From positions 230,945 through 294,944 of the IMG/VR virus record IMGVR_UViG_3300045971_000344: DNA of 64,000 nt; one strand, 5' to 3'. The notes under the pieces are model-generated. The model saw only the letters and a program-made list of their open reading frames with translations. It was not told where the DNA came from and ran no database searches. Below are positions 8,467 through 18,088 of the stretch, one piece after another; position 1 is the first letter of the stretch; the number at the start of each line of letters is the position of its first letter. The position numbers and the translations under genes are program-made.

Positions 8467-9783
8467 ATGATATGTATTAAGCGATATAGGGTCCATATAA
8501 GAACCACAGCTAAAGAAGTATTGGCTAAAAACGATGACGAATGGTTTAAGGGCCTAACTAAAGAACAGCAAAAGCAGTACTTGGAAGAACACCCAAATAG
8601 TAAATTTGCTAAAACCTTTAAGGCTAAAGAAGATGAGAATGGCCAATCAGGATCTAAAAAGACTGGCCCAGCCAAAGTAAAAAAAGAAAAGACTGACCCT
8701 TATAAAGATGTACCCGAAGAAGATAAAAAGGTCATGCTGGCGGCAAAGACTCGCGGATATAGAGTGCCTCCTGCGTGGAGAAATGTGTGGCTCAATCCTA
8801 ACCCAAAGGCTGATCTTCAGGTTAAAGGTAAGGATGCAAAGGGCCGTACTCAAAGTGTATATACTGCGTCTTTTAGAGCCGCTCAGGATATAAAGAAGTT
8901 TAACCGCCTAAGAGATTTCACTAAGGCCTATAAAGGTATGCGGACCCAGATAGACAAGGACTTTGATGAATCTCCTGAGGCACAGTGTTTATATTTGATA
9001 GCCAAGACAGGATTCAGGATTGGCAGCTCCAAAGAGACTGGCGCGAAGGTTAAAGCGTACGGAGCATCTACTCTTACTGTTGACCATATCTCAATAGATG
9101 GGGACATTATTAACTTTGATTTTACTGGTAAAAAGGGCGTACACCAGAAACATGAGATTGTAGATGCAAAGCTCGCTAAAATGCTGAGTACTAAGAAAGA
9201 GGGCTTATTATTTGAGACGAATGGAGCAAAGATACATAAGTATTTAGAATCCTTAAATCCAGAACAAAAATTTGAGGTCAAAGATTTTAGAACATACGTT
9301 GCTACCTCCACAGCTCTATCTTCGGTATCCTCTATGGAAGCCCCTAGGACTAAAGCAGAATATATAAAATCCGTAAATAAGGTCTGTAAGACTGTTTCAG
9401 AAAAATTAGGTAACTCCCCAGACATGGCTAAAAAGTCTTATATAGATCCTACCGTCTTCAAGGAATGGCAATCGAATATAACTGACCCGGATGTAGAGAC
9501 CTCGAGTGATTCTATTGGGCCTTATTTCTGTCTAGCTATGGACAAAGAACAGCAACTTATGCAGGACTTTATAGAGTGCAATCACTATAGGATTCCAGAT
9601 AAGGTAGTTATAGCCCTTAAGAGAGTTATTAAACTTCCTCGTGGAAAAGATAGAGAGATCGCCTATTCTGCCTTCCAAAAGCTCGCAAAGGTTTTCAACT
9701 TAGTAGATACTTCAAGTAAAAAGGTCTACATAGACTCTCTCCGTGAGATCGAAAAGATTGCACGTTCACAGGGTGATTTATGA
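8467..9783 (+). CDS. DNA topoisomerase IB (bacterial/poxvirus-like) with leader and WF/HPNSKFAK module
   Basis: VPPAWRNVW, GKDAKGRTQ, TGFRIGS (Arg), FTGKKG (Lys), KDFRT (Arg), LGNSPDMAKKSYIDP (catalytic Tyr). Confidence 0.9.
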   Translation: MICIKRYRVHIRTTAKEVLAKNDDEWFKGLTKEQQKQYLEEHPNSKFAKTFKAKEDENGQSGSKKTGPAKVKKEKTDPYKDVPEEDKKVMLAAKTRGYRVPPAWRNVWLNPNPKADLQVKGKDAKGRTQSVYTASFRAAQDIKKFNRLRDFTKAYKGMRTQIDKDFDESPEAQCLYLIAKTGFRIGSSKETGAKVKAYGASTLTVDHISIDGDIINFDFTGKKGVHQKHEIVDAKLAKMLSTKKEGLLFETNGAKIHKYLESLNPEQKFEVKDFRTYVATSTALSSVSSMEAPRTKAEYIKSVNKVCKTVSEKLGNSPDMAKKSYIDPTVFKEWQSNITDPDVETSSDSIGPYFCLAMDKEQQLMQDFIECNHYRIPDKVVIALKRVIKLPRGKDREIAYSAFQKLAKVFNLVDTSSKKVYIDSLREIEKIARSQGDL

Positions 9784-10028
9784 GTCGTCTCGTAGTTATC
9801 GCCGGCTCGGCCTGTAAAGGCTGTGGGGAGTCGAATACTATAAAAGACAAGCGTAGGGACTACGTAGATGTAGATAACAGCGATGAAATGCAGACTTTTA
9901 GGGTCTGTCGTCTTTGTGGACACAGGGAAATTATAAAGACACGAATGACGGTCCGTAAACGCGCAAGGCAGGATAAGCTGGCTGGTCTAGCTGACCTAAT
10001 AAACGAATTGACCAATAGAGGGCAATAG
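9780..10028 (+). CDS. Zinc-ribbon protein
   Basis: CKGC...CRLC; N-term MSRLVVIAG. Confidence 0.7.
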   Translation: MSRLVVIAGSACKGCGESNTIKDKRRDYVDVDNSDEMQTFRVCRLCGHREIIKTRMTVRKRARQDKLAGLADLINELTNRGQ

Positions 10029-10030
10029 AT

Positions 10031-10348
10031 ATGAAGATCAAAGGAATTACTATAGCTTCTTCTATAGATGACCGGCTGGAGACCATATTCAAGCAATTAG
10101 GTGCAAAGTACATGAACCATAACGGACAGTCAGTATTGGTCTTGAATACTACTCCAGACGTAATGGCACAAAAGGTTGAGATAGCGTATGAACAGTTGAG
10201 GAAACTGGGATATGATAATAAAAGCCAGTCCCAAAAGCATTTCTGGTATATAGTAGATGCTCAAAATGAATTACCTGAGGTTCAGATTGAGTCACAAGGT
10301 TCTGAGGGTTTTATCAAAGAAAAGCACAATTATACTATAACTTGGTAA
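10031..10348 (+). CDS. Leader-bearing hypothetical protein
   Basis: MKIKGITIASS. Confidence 0.75.
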   Translation: MKIKGITIASSIDDRLETIFKQLGAKYMNHNGQSVLVLNTTPDVMAQKVEIAYEQLRKLGYDNKSQSQKHFWYIVDAQNELPEVQIESQGSEGFIKEKHNYTITW

Positions 10349-10389
10349 GGGTCTTTGTAATTTATTAATAACAATGATGAGGAGAAATC

Positions 10390-10689
10390 ATGAGAACGAT
10401 AAGGGTAAGTATTGAGACCACCAAGACTACTGCGGCATCTCCGAAGGGAATTATCCAAGTATTCTTCTGTAATGGCTTGAATACTGCAATGGGTAAAGGC
10501 GTTATCTTTCCTACTAAGGCTGAGGCAGTTGAGTATGCTATTAGCAAGTTAAGAACAAGCAGTAATTTATTTAGTTCAAAAGTATGTTTAGATACAGTTG
10601 ACTCTAAAGGATGGACTTCACAAGAAACTCTCGCTGAGTTTGTAAAAAACAGCTCGGGTAAGGTTTGCAAATTAGTTCCAGTAAAATAA
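10390..10689 (+). CDS. Leader-bearing hypothetical protein
   Basis: SD GAGGAG; MRTIRVSIETT; C-term GKVCKLVPVK resembles 42325-42588. Confidence 0.75.
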   Translation: MRTIRVSIETTKTTAASPKGIIQVFFCNGLNTAMGKGVIFPTKAEAVEYAISKLRTSSNLFSSKVCLDTVDSKGWTSQETLAEFVKNSSGKVCKLVPVK

Positions 10690-10753
10690 TAAATATCAGG
10701 AGCACTTGTCCATGACAAGACAAATACAAACAGCAGGACAAAGGAGAAGGGTC

Positions 10754-11578
10754 ATGAAAGAAATCGGGAAATCAATTATTCAGGAATTAGCGGCAAACAT
10801 GGATCGTCTCACTGTTGGCATCGAGAGCTTCAAGACACACGGAGACAAGAGCAAGGTTCGTGTATCAGTAATTGCAACTTCGGACTCAAACAAATCTGAT
10901 ATCTTGAAGTCAATTAACTCACAGTTCGGTGGTCGTCTTAGGGCAGTTGCTCGCTCATTCCGTATCGTAGAATCGTCTAATGCGGACCGTAATAACGTAA
11001 CTTTTAAGCTCCAGGGATACGTTGTACCAAATGTAGAAATAGTGGCCGCATCTTCTGAGCAGGGAAAGAAAATGAAGTGTGTTGCGTCCAATATGTTTAT
11101 GGACCAGTCTGATTGCATTTGGAGCAAAACTGGAGATTTCTTATATAAGAAATCAGATGTTGAGACCGCAGAAGAACTTAATCAGTTTCTTACTGAGTGT
11201 AGCTCAACCACAACCCGGGTCAGAAAGGGCCTTGATTTTGAGACCGTAGTGGCCTCCGCAGGAGATTTCGTCCGTTACTTGAGTAAAGGTGAAATGTGCT
11301 GTGGTATTGTAGTAGCGGCCGATGAAACAAATCATAAGCTCATGGTACTGGCCGAAGGTGAAGAAGACCCAGAAGTTATTGATACTTTTGACGTCCAGGA
11401 TAGTCTGCCCGTAGATGATGAGAAAGTACGCTTTCCTGAAGAGACGGACATGGTTGAGACCTCGGCGTCAGCCGTAGATATTAACGCCATCGTTTCTTAC
11501 TACAAGCGTTGGTTTACCTACAATCCCAACTACGCCCAGATGCTGATTGACCGATTGAATCAGCATGCCTTTTGCTAA
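10754..11578 (+). CDS. Conserved-looking phage protein, probably head-associated
   Basis: SD AAGGAG before ATG 10754; internal VETSAS motif. Confidence 0.6.
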   Translation: MKEIGKSIIQELAANMDRLTVGIESFKTHGDKSKVRVSVIATSDSNKSDILKSINSQFGGRLRAVARSFRIVESSNADRNNVTFKLQGYVVPNVEIVAASSEQGKKMKCVASNMFMDQSDCIWSKTGDFLYKKSDVETAEELNQFLTECSSTTTRVRKGLDFETVVASAGDFVRYLSKGEMCCGIVVAADETNHKLMVLAEGEEDPEVIDTFDVQDSLPVDDEKVRFPEETDMVETSASAVDINAIVSYYKRWFTYNPNYAQMLIDRLNQHAFC

Positions 11579-11668
11579 AAAGAATTTACCCATATAGACT
11601 GTTTCGTTTTTGACCGCACACGTCCTTTAAGGATGACCTAACTGAGCGTAAAACAAATATGTGGGTTC

Positions 11669-11706
11669 TGGGGTGGGGTGGTGATTAACTTTACTACCCC
11701 ACCCCA
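11669..11706 (+). terminator. 16-bp GC-rich hairpin (terminator or RNA processing site)
   Basis: TGGGGTGGGGTGGTGA-ttaact-TTACTACCCCACCCCA with two G-U pairs; no strong U-tract. Confidence 0.5.
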
Positions 11707-11739
11707 ACAATATTATTATTATATACTGTAGGAGAGTTT

Positions 11740-12069
11740 ATGAAAGTACGTTCAATTGCCATTAAAGGCGAAGGAATAGAACTGGCTAAAGTTGCGATCC
11801 ATGCAAAGAGAAACCGAATGAAGGGTATGTACGATAACACAAACCCTACGGCTATGGATATTTATAAAGCCCGTCATAAGTATGACTTTAAGCACGAGTT
11901 CAATAAGTTCATAGAAGATAACTACGTAGATGTTATATCCAAGACAGACCGTAAGGCTCTAATGCAGGCCGTAGAGACACACTACAATGAGGGCTGTATA
12001 GAGAACGTAGAAGACCTTAAAAGACATATTGAGGTCATAGGTAAGCGTGAAGGCATAATCTTTGATTAA
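11740..12069 (+). CDS. Hypothetical protein with leader-like N-terminus
   Basis: SD AGGAG; MKVRSIAIKG. Confidence 0.7.
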   Translation: MKVRSIAIKGEGIELAKVAIHAKRNRMKGMYDNTNPTAMDIYKARHKYDFKHEFNKFIEDNYVDVISKTDRKALMQAVETHYNEGCIENVEDLKRHIEVIGKREGIIFD

Positions 12070-12087
12070 ACCATATAGGTGTGAACT

Positions 12088-12747
12088 ATGAAGACCCCAA
12101 AACGTACAGAAGTGGAATTGAGTACCTCAAGTAAGAGTAAGAAGCCTGTTAAAGTAAAGAAGGATTGTACTGATGTAAAGCCCGCCTTAGAAGTGAAAAA
12201 GAAGAAAAGGACTCCTGAACAGAAAGCAAAACGACTTGAAAAAATAAAGGCCAAAGTAGTGGCGGAAGAAGCGGTTGCACTCAAGCTCATTGATGACATT
12301 CATTTAAAGGCAAAAAAGAAGTTCAATGGTGAAGATGACCATAAAGAAGTTTATTTGGATATGTTTCGCCAATTGAGAAGAATAATAAAGAAAACAGAAC
12401 GGTCCTGTCTTAAGTCAAAGAACGGTCAAGGTGCGTATCAACTTGCTACGTTGTATACTCAGTTAAGGGAAGTTCTGGCTGAGATTAGAGCCTACACGGA
12501 TCTTTCTGACCATGTTGACTCTATGATTGAGCGCGTAATGAAACCCCTTTTTACTACATTAGTACAAAGTACATCCAATGCAATGTACCAAACAAAAATA
12601 AAAATAAAAGACAAATTGAAAGAAAAAAGGGTCAGGCGGACCTTCGAAGACATAGATGAAATAACACTTGACCAGGCGAATCAATTGCAGACACAGTATG
12701 ATAAGGCCTGTCAGACAATAAGAGAGATTTTAATAGGAAATACGTAG
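12088..12747 (+). CDS. Basic, helical hypothetical protein
   Basis: SD AGGTG; Lys-rich N-terminus, coiled-coil C-terminus. Confidence 0.7.
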   Translation: MKTPKRTEVELSTSSKSKKPVKVKKDCTDVKPALEVKKKKRTPEQKAKRLEKIKAKVVAEEAVALKLIDDIHLKAKKKFNGEDDHKEVYLDMFRQLRRIIKKTERSCLKSKNGQGAYQLATLYTQLREVLAEIRAYTDLSDHVDSMIERVMKPLFTTLVQSTSNAMYQTKIKIKDKLKEKRVRRTFEDIDEITLDQANQLQTQYDKACQTIREILIGNT

Positions 12748-12776
12748 TCATTAATAAAGATTTGAGGTAAACCTTT

Positions 12777-13646
12777 ATGGCATATCATAAGTTACAAGTA
12801 ACTATTTCAGCGGCAGGTGGTGGAAAGTCCACGCATGACCATCCTAAGGGACTTTCTAAGCCAGCTAGCTCTGGTGATAACTGGTTTGACCGTTTAAGTG
12901 AGGACGAGCAGACGGAATATATAGAGTCGCATCCTAATTCAAAGTATGCTAAAAATATTCACCGTGTTGACCACGAAGACCAATCGGATAAGAGTAAGAA
13001 GAAATCCGGATCTGATACTAAAAATCCAAAAGCAATGCGCCATGTATTGGCTGATAAAATAAAGGTCCTACCTAAGAAACACAAAGAATTTTTTGAGACC
13101 GAGCAGGACCAACCCAATTCAGAACAACGTTCAGGTATTGCAAAGCACATACGATTGAACCATAAAGAAATAGTTAAGCACATGAAAGGTCAGATTGTAG
13201 AGTGGAAAGATGGATGCGGGGCTATTGCAAAGCTCGCTACTGGTAAGTCCATTTCGGCACATGAAAAGAAAGCATTGAAGGCCCTAGTTATAGATGCATC
13301 CGTTATAGCTGCTTCTGTTGCTGTAACAGGTGGGTTTGCTCACGGAGCAGCGCTGGCATTGAAGCACGTTGGATTCGATGTCTTAAAAGATGTTGTACTC
13401 AAAACGGTTATAAGAGGAACTACAAGAGCAATGGGCGCATCTACAGGAGTAACTGGACTGGTAGGCTTAGAAGCCTTGGCTACTACAGCTGCCTCTAAGA
13501 AAGTAAACCCAGATAGAATAAACGATAAGATAATGAGCATGCTGGTTAAACAGCTTGCGGCCTATATTGAAAAGGGTGATATCCCTAAAGAGGCTTGGGA
13601 TAAGGCTATTGATGAATTGGCTGCAACTAATAGGAAGCGTAAATGA
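12777..13646 (+). CDS. WF/HPNSKYAK-module protein with hydrophobic segments
   Basis: QVTISAA; WFDRLSEDEQTEYIESHPNSKYAK; ALVIDASVIAASVAVTGGFAHGAALAL. Confidence 0.75.
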   Translation: MAYHKLQVTISAAGGGKSTHDHPKGLSKPASSGDNWFDRLSEDEQTEYIESHPNSKYAKNIHRVDHEDQSDKSKKKSGSDTKNPKAMRHVLADKIKVLPKKHKEFFETEQDQPNSEQRSGIAKHIRLNHKEIVKHMKGQIVEWKDGCGAIAKLATGKSISAHEKKALKALVIDASVIAASVAVTGGFAHGAALALKHVGFDVLKDVVLKTVIRGTTRAMGASTGVTGLVGLEALATTAASKKVNPDRINDKIMSMLVKQLAAYIEKGDIPKEAWDKAIDELAATNRKRK

Positions 13647-13924
13647 AAGCCCGTTCAGCGTATGGCGCGTATAAGCAAGCACAAAGAACAATCCTTAAAC
13701 AAAGACCTACGGCTAAACAGATTAGAACATCCAGTTATGGCGATGACTGGTCAAGTATAAGTGCTACTTGTCTTAAGCTAGCAAATTATACTTGTAGCTG
13801 TGGATTGAAGGCAAATAGGGCGCATCATATTATTCCTCTATCTAAAGGCGGATCAAACGCTCAGTTTAACCTAAAAGCAGTCTGTGAGGTCTGCCATAAA
13901 AAATATCATAAGCACCTGCGATAG
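13643..13924 (+). CDS. Small HNH endonuclease
   Basis: CSCG...AHHIIPLSKGGSN..FNL..VCEVCHKKYH. Confidence 0.85.
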   Translation: MKARSAYGAYKQAQRTILKQRPTAKQIRTSSYGDDWSSISATCLKLANYTCSCGLKANRAHHIIPLSKGGSNAQFNLKAVCEVCHKKYHKHLR

Positions 13925-13965
13925 TATGTAGGGAATTAAATCTAATAAATGAGTGGGAGCAGCCT

Positions 13966-14214
13966 ATGGCTCGTACACAAGTAAATGCTGCACAGATCCT
14001 AAATGGAACAATACAAAAAGAGGACTTGAATACTAATACTCCAGGTAAGGCTGTAATAACAAATTTAATAGCTGGTAATGGTATATCTTTAAGTAGCTCC
14101 GGCGTAGATCAAGGTACAGGATCAGTTACAATAAACGTAGTTAGAAATATTGATGGAGGTTCTCCAGATTCTGTCTACGCGAGAACACAGTCGATAGATG
14201 GAGGAGGACCTTAA
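13966..14214 (+). CDS. Small tail-fibre-associated protein
   Basis: LIAGNGISLSS and IDGG motifs typical of fibre proteins; position at head of tail block. Confidence 0.55.
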   Translation: MARTQVNAAQILNGTIQKEDLNTNTPGKAVITNLIAGNGISLSSSGVDQGTGSVTINVVRNIDGGSPDSVYARTQSIDGGGP

Positions 14215-14580
14215 ATGGCAGATTTAATTCAATTACGTGGTGGAGACTCGGCACATTGGTCATTGGCCAACCCTGTACTTATGTCGCGTGAAGTAGGAAT
14301 TGAGACAGATACTAATAGGATGAAGATTGGTGATGGAGTTACAAATTGGAATGATTTACCTTACCCTGCTACTTCTAATCATACTCATTTGACCTTTATT
14401 TTTAATCAAGATACTCCCAGTAACGTCTGGAATATAAATCATGGTCAAAATAAATTTCCTTCGGTTACTATCGTAGACTCAAGCGGCAGAGTAGTTATTG
14501 GACAAATAACTTATGTTGATCTTAATAATGTTCAACTTGACTTCAATGAAGGCTTTTCGGGAAAAGCCTATCTAAATTAA
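14215..14580 (+). CDS. Tail protein with Mtd-like N-terminal domain
   Basis: IQLRGG...W...NPVL...EVGIETDT...KIGDGVTNWNDLPY. Confidence 0.75.
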   Translation: MADLIQLRGGDSAHWSLANPVLMSREVGIETDTNRMKIGDGVTNWNDLPYPATSNHTHLTFIFNQDTPSNVWNINHGQNKFPSVTIVDSSGRVVIGQITYVDLNNVQLDFNEGFSGKAYLN

Positions 14581-14592
14581 AGGGGATTGACA

Positions 14593-16533
14593 ATGGCTTT
14601 AGACTACTACCAGAGTATAAACCTACACAAGGGTGAAATCCAGAATGTAAGAATCCAGAATTTACCGTCAGCACCAGCAGGACCAGTAGAAGGTCTTATT
14701 TATTATGACACTACGCTTCATCAGTTTGGTCACTACAATGGAACAGCCTGGGAATATGTATCCTCAGTAGCAGGACTCAATTTAAAAGCAGACAAAACAA
14801 TTACAATAAACGGTCATGACCTTTCTGCCAATGTAACCTTAAATGCCTCAGATGTAGGACTTGGTAACGTACTTAACGTAGCACAGATTCCAGCTACGGA
14901 TAAAGGCGCGGCAAACGGTGTGGCCACCCTTGATGGTTCTGGTAGGTTGACTACTTCACAGATTCCAACGGTCTTAACCGGTGCAATGGTTTATCAGGGT
15001 ACTTGGAACGCCGCTACTAATAGTCCTGCCCTAGCAAGTGGTACAGGCACGAAAGGTCAATATTACAAAGTATCTAATGCTGGTTCTACAGCTATTGATG
15101 GTAACAGCAATTGGACTACCGGAGATTTAATTATCTTCAATGGAACTACTTGGGATAAAGTAGAAGGAGGATCTCCTGATGTTGTCTCCGTTGCTGGTCG
15201 GATTGGGGCTGTTGTGCTTACAACAGCAGATGTGGCTGCCTCTACTAATAAGAATTATGTCACCGATGCCCAAGCAGTCGTCATCGGAAACACAAGTAAC
15301 ACAAACACAGGCGATGAGACTATCACCACAATCAAGTCCAAACTTGGAATAACTACTCTCAGTGGTTCAAACACGGGTGATCAGACGATTACGCTTACTG
15401 GTGATGTAACTGGATCCGGTACAGGTTCATTTGCCACCACTATTGCTGCTTCTTCGGTAACGCTTGCTAAGATGTCAACGTTGGCCGCAAACTCTTTTAT
15501 AGGTAATAATACAGCATCTAATGCTACTCCTATTGCCTTAACAGTTGCACAAGCAAAGACGTTGCTGGCTATTACAGAAGCAGACGTTACGAACCTAACT
15601 ACTGACTTGGCTGCCCGCGCACTGCTGACAACAAATACCTTTACGGGAAAACAGACTTTTGTAGCTCCTACGACGGCAATAGCTTCAGTACTTCTTCCTA
15701 ACGGTGCGGCGAACCCTACTACTCCAGTTAGCGGTGACTTATGGGCAAACACTGGCGTCATTAAATGGTACAATGGAACAACAACAAAGAACATTGCTTT
15801 TACGGATTCGGCTATTACAGGTTCAGCCGCAGGAGTAACGGGCGGACTTGTAAATCAGATTCTGTATCAGACCGCAGCTTCTACTACAGGTTTTATTACT
15901 ACCGCAAACTCTGGAGTACTGATTACATCAGCCGCAGGGGTGCCTTCGATTGCAACTACGCTTCCTGCAGTAAATGGCTCCGCCTTAACAGGATTAACCG
16001 GCGCACAGATTACTGGAAATATCGCGGGCAGCGCGGCGAATGTAACAGGTACTGTAGCAATAGCTAATGGTGGTACTGGACAGACTACTCAGCAAGCTGC
16101 TCTTAACGCGCTGTCAGGTACGCAATCCTCAGGGAAGTATTTACGTTCTGATGGAGCCAATACTACCTTGGCATCTATTCAGGCCGCTGATGTTCCAACA
16201 CTTAATCAGAACACAACTGGTACGGCTGCTAACGTAACCGGCGTGGTGGCAATCGCAAATGGTGGTACTGGAGCAGCAACAGCCGCCTTGGCCAGGACTG
16301 CATTAGCAGTTCCTACAAAGTACTCGGTAGCAATAGGTAATGGGGCCTTAACATCTTTCGTTATCACGCATAACTTAGGTACTCAGGACTTTGTTTTTGA
16401 CTGCTGGGATATTTCAGTTAGTCCAAGAACTAGAGCAGTACCCTCGATTGTAAATACTGATGCTAATAACGCTACAGTAAGTTTTTCAGTTGCTCCGACA
16501 ACTAACCAGTTTCAGTTAATCTTTATTGGATAA
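14593..16533 (+). CDS. Tail fibre protein
   Basis: Thr/Gly/Ala-rich; GAANGVATLDGSG, YQGTWNAATNSP, VVSVAGRIGAVVL, repeated VAIANGGTG. Confidence 0.85.
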   Translation: MALDYYQSINLHKGEIQNVRIQNLPSAPAGPVEGLIYYDTTLHQFGHYNGTAWEYVSSVAGLNLKADKTITINGHDLSANVTLNASDVGLGNVLNVAQIPATDKGAANGVATLDGSGRLTTSQIPTVLTGAMVYQGTWNAATNSPALASGTGTKGQYYKVSNAGSTAIDGNSNWTTGDLIIFNGTTWDKVEGGSPDVVSVAGRIGAVVLTTADVAASTNKNYVTDAQAVVIGNTSNTNTGDETITTIKSKLGITTLSGSNTGDQTITLTGDVTGSGTGSFATTIAASSVTLAKMSTLAANSFIGNNTASNATPIALTVAQAKTLLAITEADVTNLTTDLAARALLTTNTFTGKQTFVAPTTAIASVLLPNGAANPTTPVSGDLWANTGVIKWYNGTTTKNIAFTDSAITGSAAGVTGGLVNQILYQTAASTTGFITTANSGVLITSAAGVPSIATTLPAVNGSALTGLTGAQITGNIAGSAANVTGTVAIANGGTGQTTQQAALNALSGTQSSGKYLRSDGANTTLASIQAADVPTLNQNTTGTAANVTGVVAIANGGTGAATAALARTALAVPTKYSVAIGNGALTSFVITHNLGTQDFVFDCWDISVSPRTRAVPSIVNTDANNATVSFSVAPTTNQFQLIFIG

Positions 16534-16545
16534 TTAGGAGTAACT

Positions 16546-17037
16546 ATGCAAGATTTTAAAGATGTGCCAACGGTAAATGGTGTCCGTGTGTCCCTCCAGG
16601 GACACACGCACTCCGTATCAGAGATAACAGATACTTATGCCACAAGGGTACGTAGAGCGACTACAGTTCAGAGTATCTCAGCTAATACTGCTACTAAGAT
16701 TCAGTTTAACGTGGAAGACTATGACTATGGAAATAACTATGATAATGTAACAAATTTTAGGTGGACAACACCAGCTGCACAGACAGTAGGTATTTACCGG
16801 GTAATGTGCTCTATATATTTATCCGGTACTTCTATTGGTAGACTTATGTTGTATAAAAACGGAGTAGAATATCAGAGACTTGTTGAGTATTCCTCGGCAA
16901 TTATTCAGTACACTGGCTCTACAGAAATTGGCGGCTTAGTAGCTGGAACAGATTACCTTGAGATCTATGCGTATTTGAGCACTGCAAGAAGTGTTGCTAT
17001 AACAAATAGCTTTTTATCCATTAGTAGTGTATTTTAG
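16546..17037 (+). CDS. Short fibre / receptor-binding protein with C1q-like domain
   Basis: HTHSVSEI fibre motif; IQFNVEDYD...GIYRV...DYLEIYAY. Confidence 0.65.
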   Translation: MQDFKDVPTVNGVRVSLQGHTHSVSEITDTYATRVRRATTVQSISANTATKIQFNVEDYDYGNNYDNVTNFRWTTPAAQTVGIYRVMCSIYLSGTSIGRLMLYKNGVEYQRLVEYSSAIIQYTGSTEIGGLVAGTDYLEIYAYLSTARSVAITNSFLSISSVF

Positions 17038-17047
17038 TGGAGGCACA

Positions 17048-18079
17048 ATGCAAGATTATAAAGTTACTCCTACTGTTAATGGAGTTAAAGTGGTTCTGGA
17101 AGGTGGGACTACTAGCAAGGTAATAGCTGGGACAAGTGTAGTAGTAAGTTCAACAGGGCCTCAAGGTACTGGAGATGTTACCGTCGGATTAAATCAAGAT
17201 CTGATTGAAATGACTTCTAATCTGCCTAAGTTAGTAATGACTGATACCCAGCAAAATTATACCTTTGAGATCTGGCAGTTAGGAGGTTCAGAGGTAGATT
17301 TATTATTAAGAGATAACCTCGGTAATATAACAAATACCATCAATATGAATTACGATGGAGAAAATGAGTATTTATCTGGAATGGCTAGACCTTTAGGTTC
17401 AGCTATCGGTCCTCGCCATGTTTTTTATATTTGTAATACCGAAGTAGGTGGGTTTGACCATAGAGGTTGGGTTGCAGTAAATAGTAATAGAACCTCAGGG
17501 TCTACTACTAGGTCCCCATTAGATGTTACAGGTGATGCACTAATTGAAGGGGCCATAACTGCTAATAGTTACAAGTCAAACGGTTTTACAGGTGTAACCG
17601 CCACTATTGGTAATCTAAGTTTTAATAATGGTTTACTTGTAGATAGTCCAGTTATTCCAAATACTTTTACCTCAGCGGTAGCTCCAGTAAAGGTACATAC
17701 TATAGCTGCGCAAGCTATATCCGCAACAACCTATACTAAACTTGTTTTTGGTTCTATAGACCATGCACCAATATCTGCAGCTTGGTCAGCCGCTAATAAT
17801 AGGTATATAGCACAAACTTCCGGTATTTTTAGGGTCAGTGCTGCAATTAGGTGTACAGGTACCGCTAGGTCGTCTAAACTGATGATCTATAAAAATGGTG
17901 TTTTAGTACATTCACTTCAAGATAATAACACAACCGCATTAACGGCTGTAAGCTATGGAGGAACTACAGATATACAGTTAGTTCTGAATGACTATATAGA
18001 ACTGTGGATTTATTCCTCTGCCGCAACAACCGTTGCTAGTAGCGCAGACTGTCATTTTTGTGTATCTCGTATTTACTAA
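17048..18079 (+). CDS. Fibre / receptor-binding protein with C1q-like C-terminus (paralog of 16546-17037)
   Basis: SD GGAGG, ATG 17048; MQDYKVTPTVNGV vs MQDFKDVPTVNGV; DYIELWIY. Confidence 0.65.
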   Translation: MQDYKVTPTVNGVKVVLEGGTTSKVIAGTSVVVSSTGPQGTGDVTVGLNQDLIEMTSNLPKLVMTDTQQNYTFEIWQLGGSEVDLLLRDNLGNITNTINMNYDGENEYLSGMARPLGSAIGPRHVFYICNTEVGGFDHRGWVAVNSNRTSGSTTRSPLDVTGDALIEGAITANSYKSNGFTGVTATIGNLSFNNGLLVDSPVIPNTFTSAVAPVKVHTIAAQAISATTYTKLVFGSIDHAPISAAWSAANNRYIAQTSGIFRVSAAIRCTGTARSSKLMIYKNGVLVHSLQDNNTTALTAVSYGGTTDIQLVLNDYIELWIYSSAATTVASSADCHFCVSRIY

Positions 18080-18088
18080 GGAGTCGGT

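Noticed and set aside
10754-11578. Major capsid protein
   Set aside because: No recognisable HK97-fold signature and rather short; the capsid gene probably lies outside the window.
12088-12747. Terminase small subunit
   Set aside because: Helical and basic, but no diagnostic motif and not adjacent to terL.
14215-18079. Diversity-generating retroelement suggested by the Mtd-like domain
   Set aside because: No reverse transcriptase and no TR/VR pair differing at adenines seen in the window.
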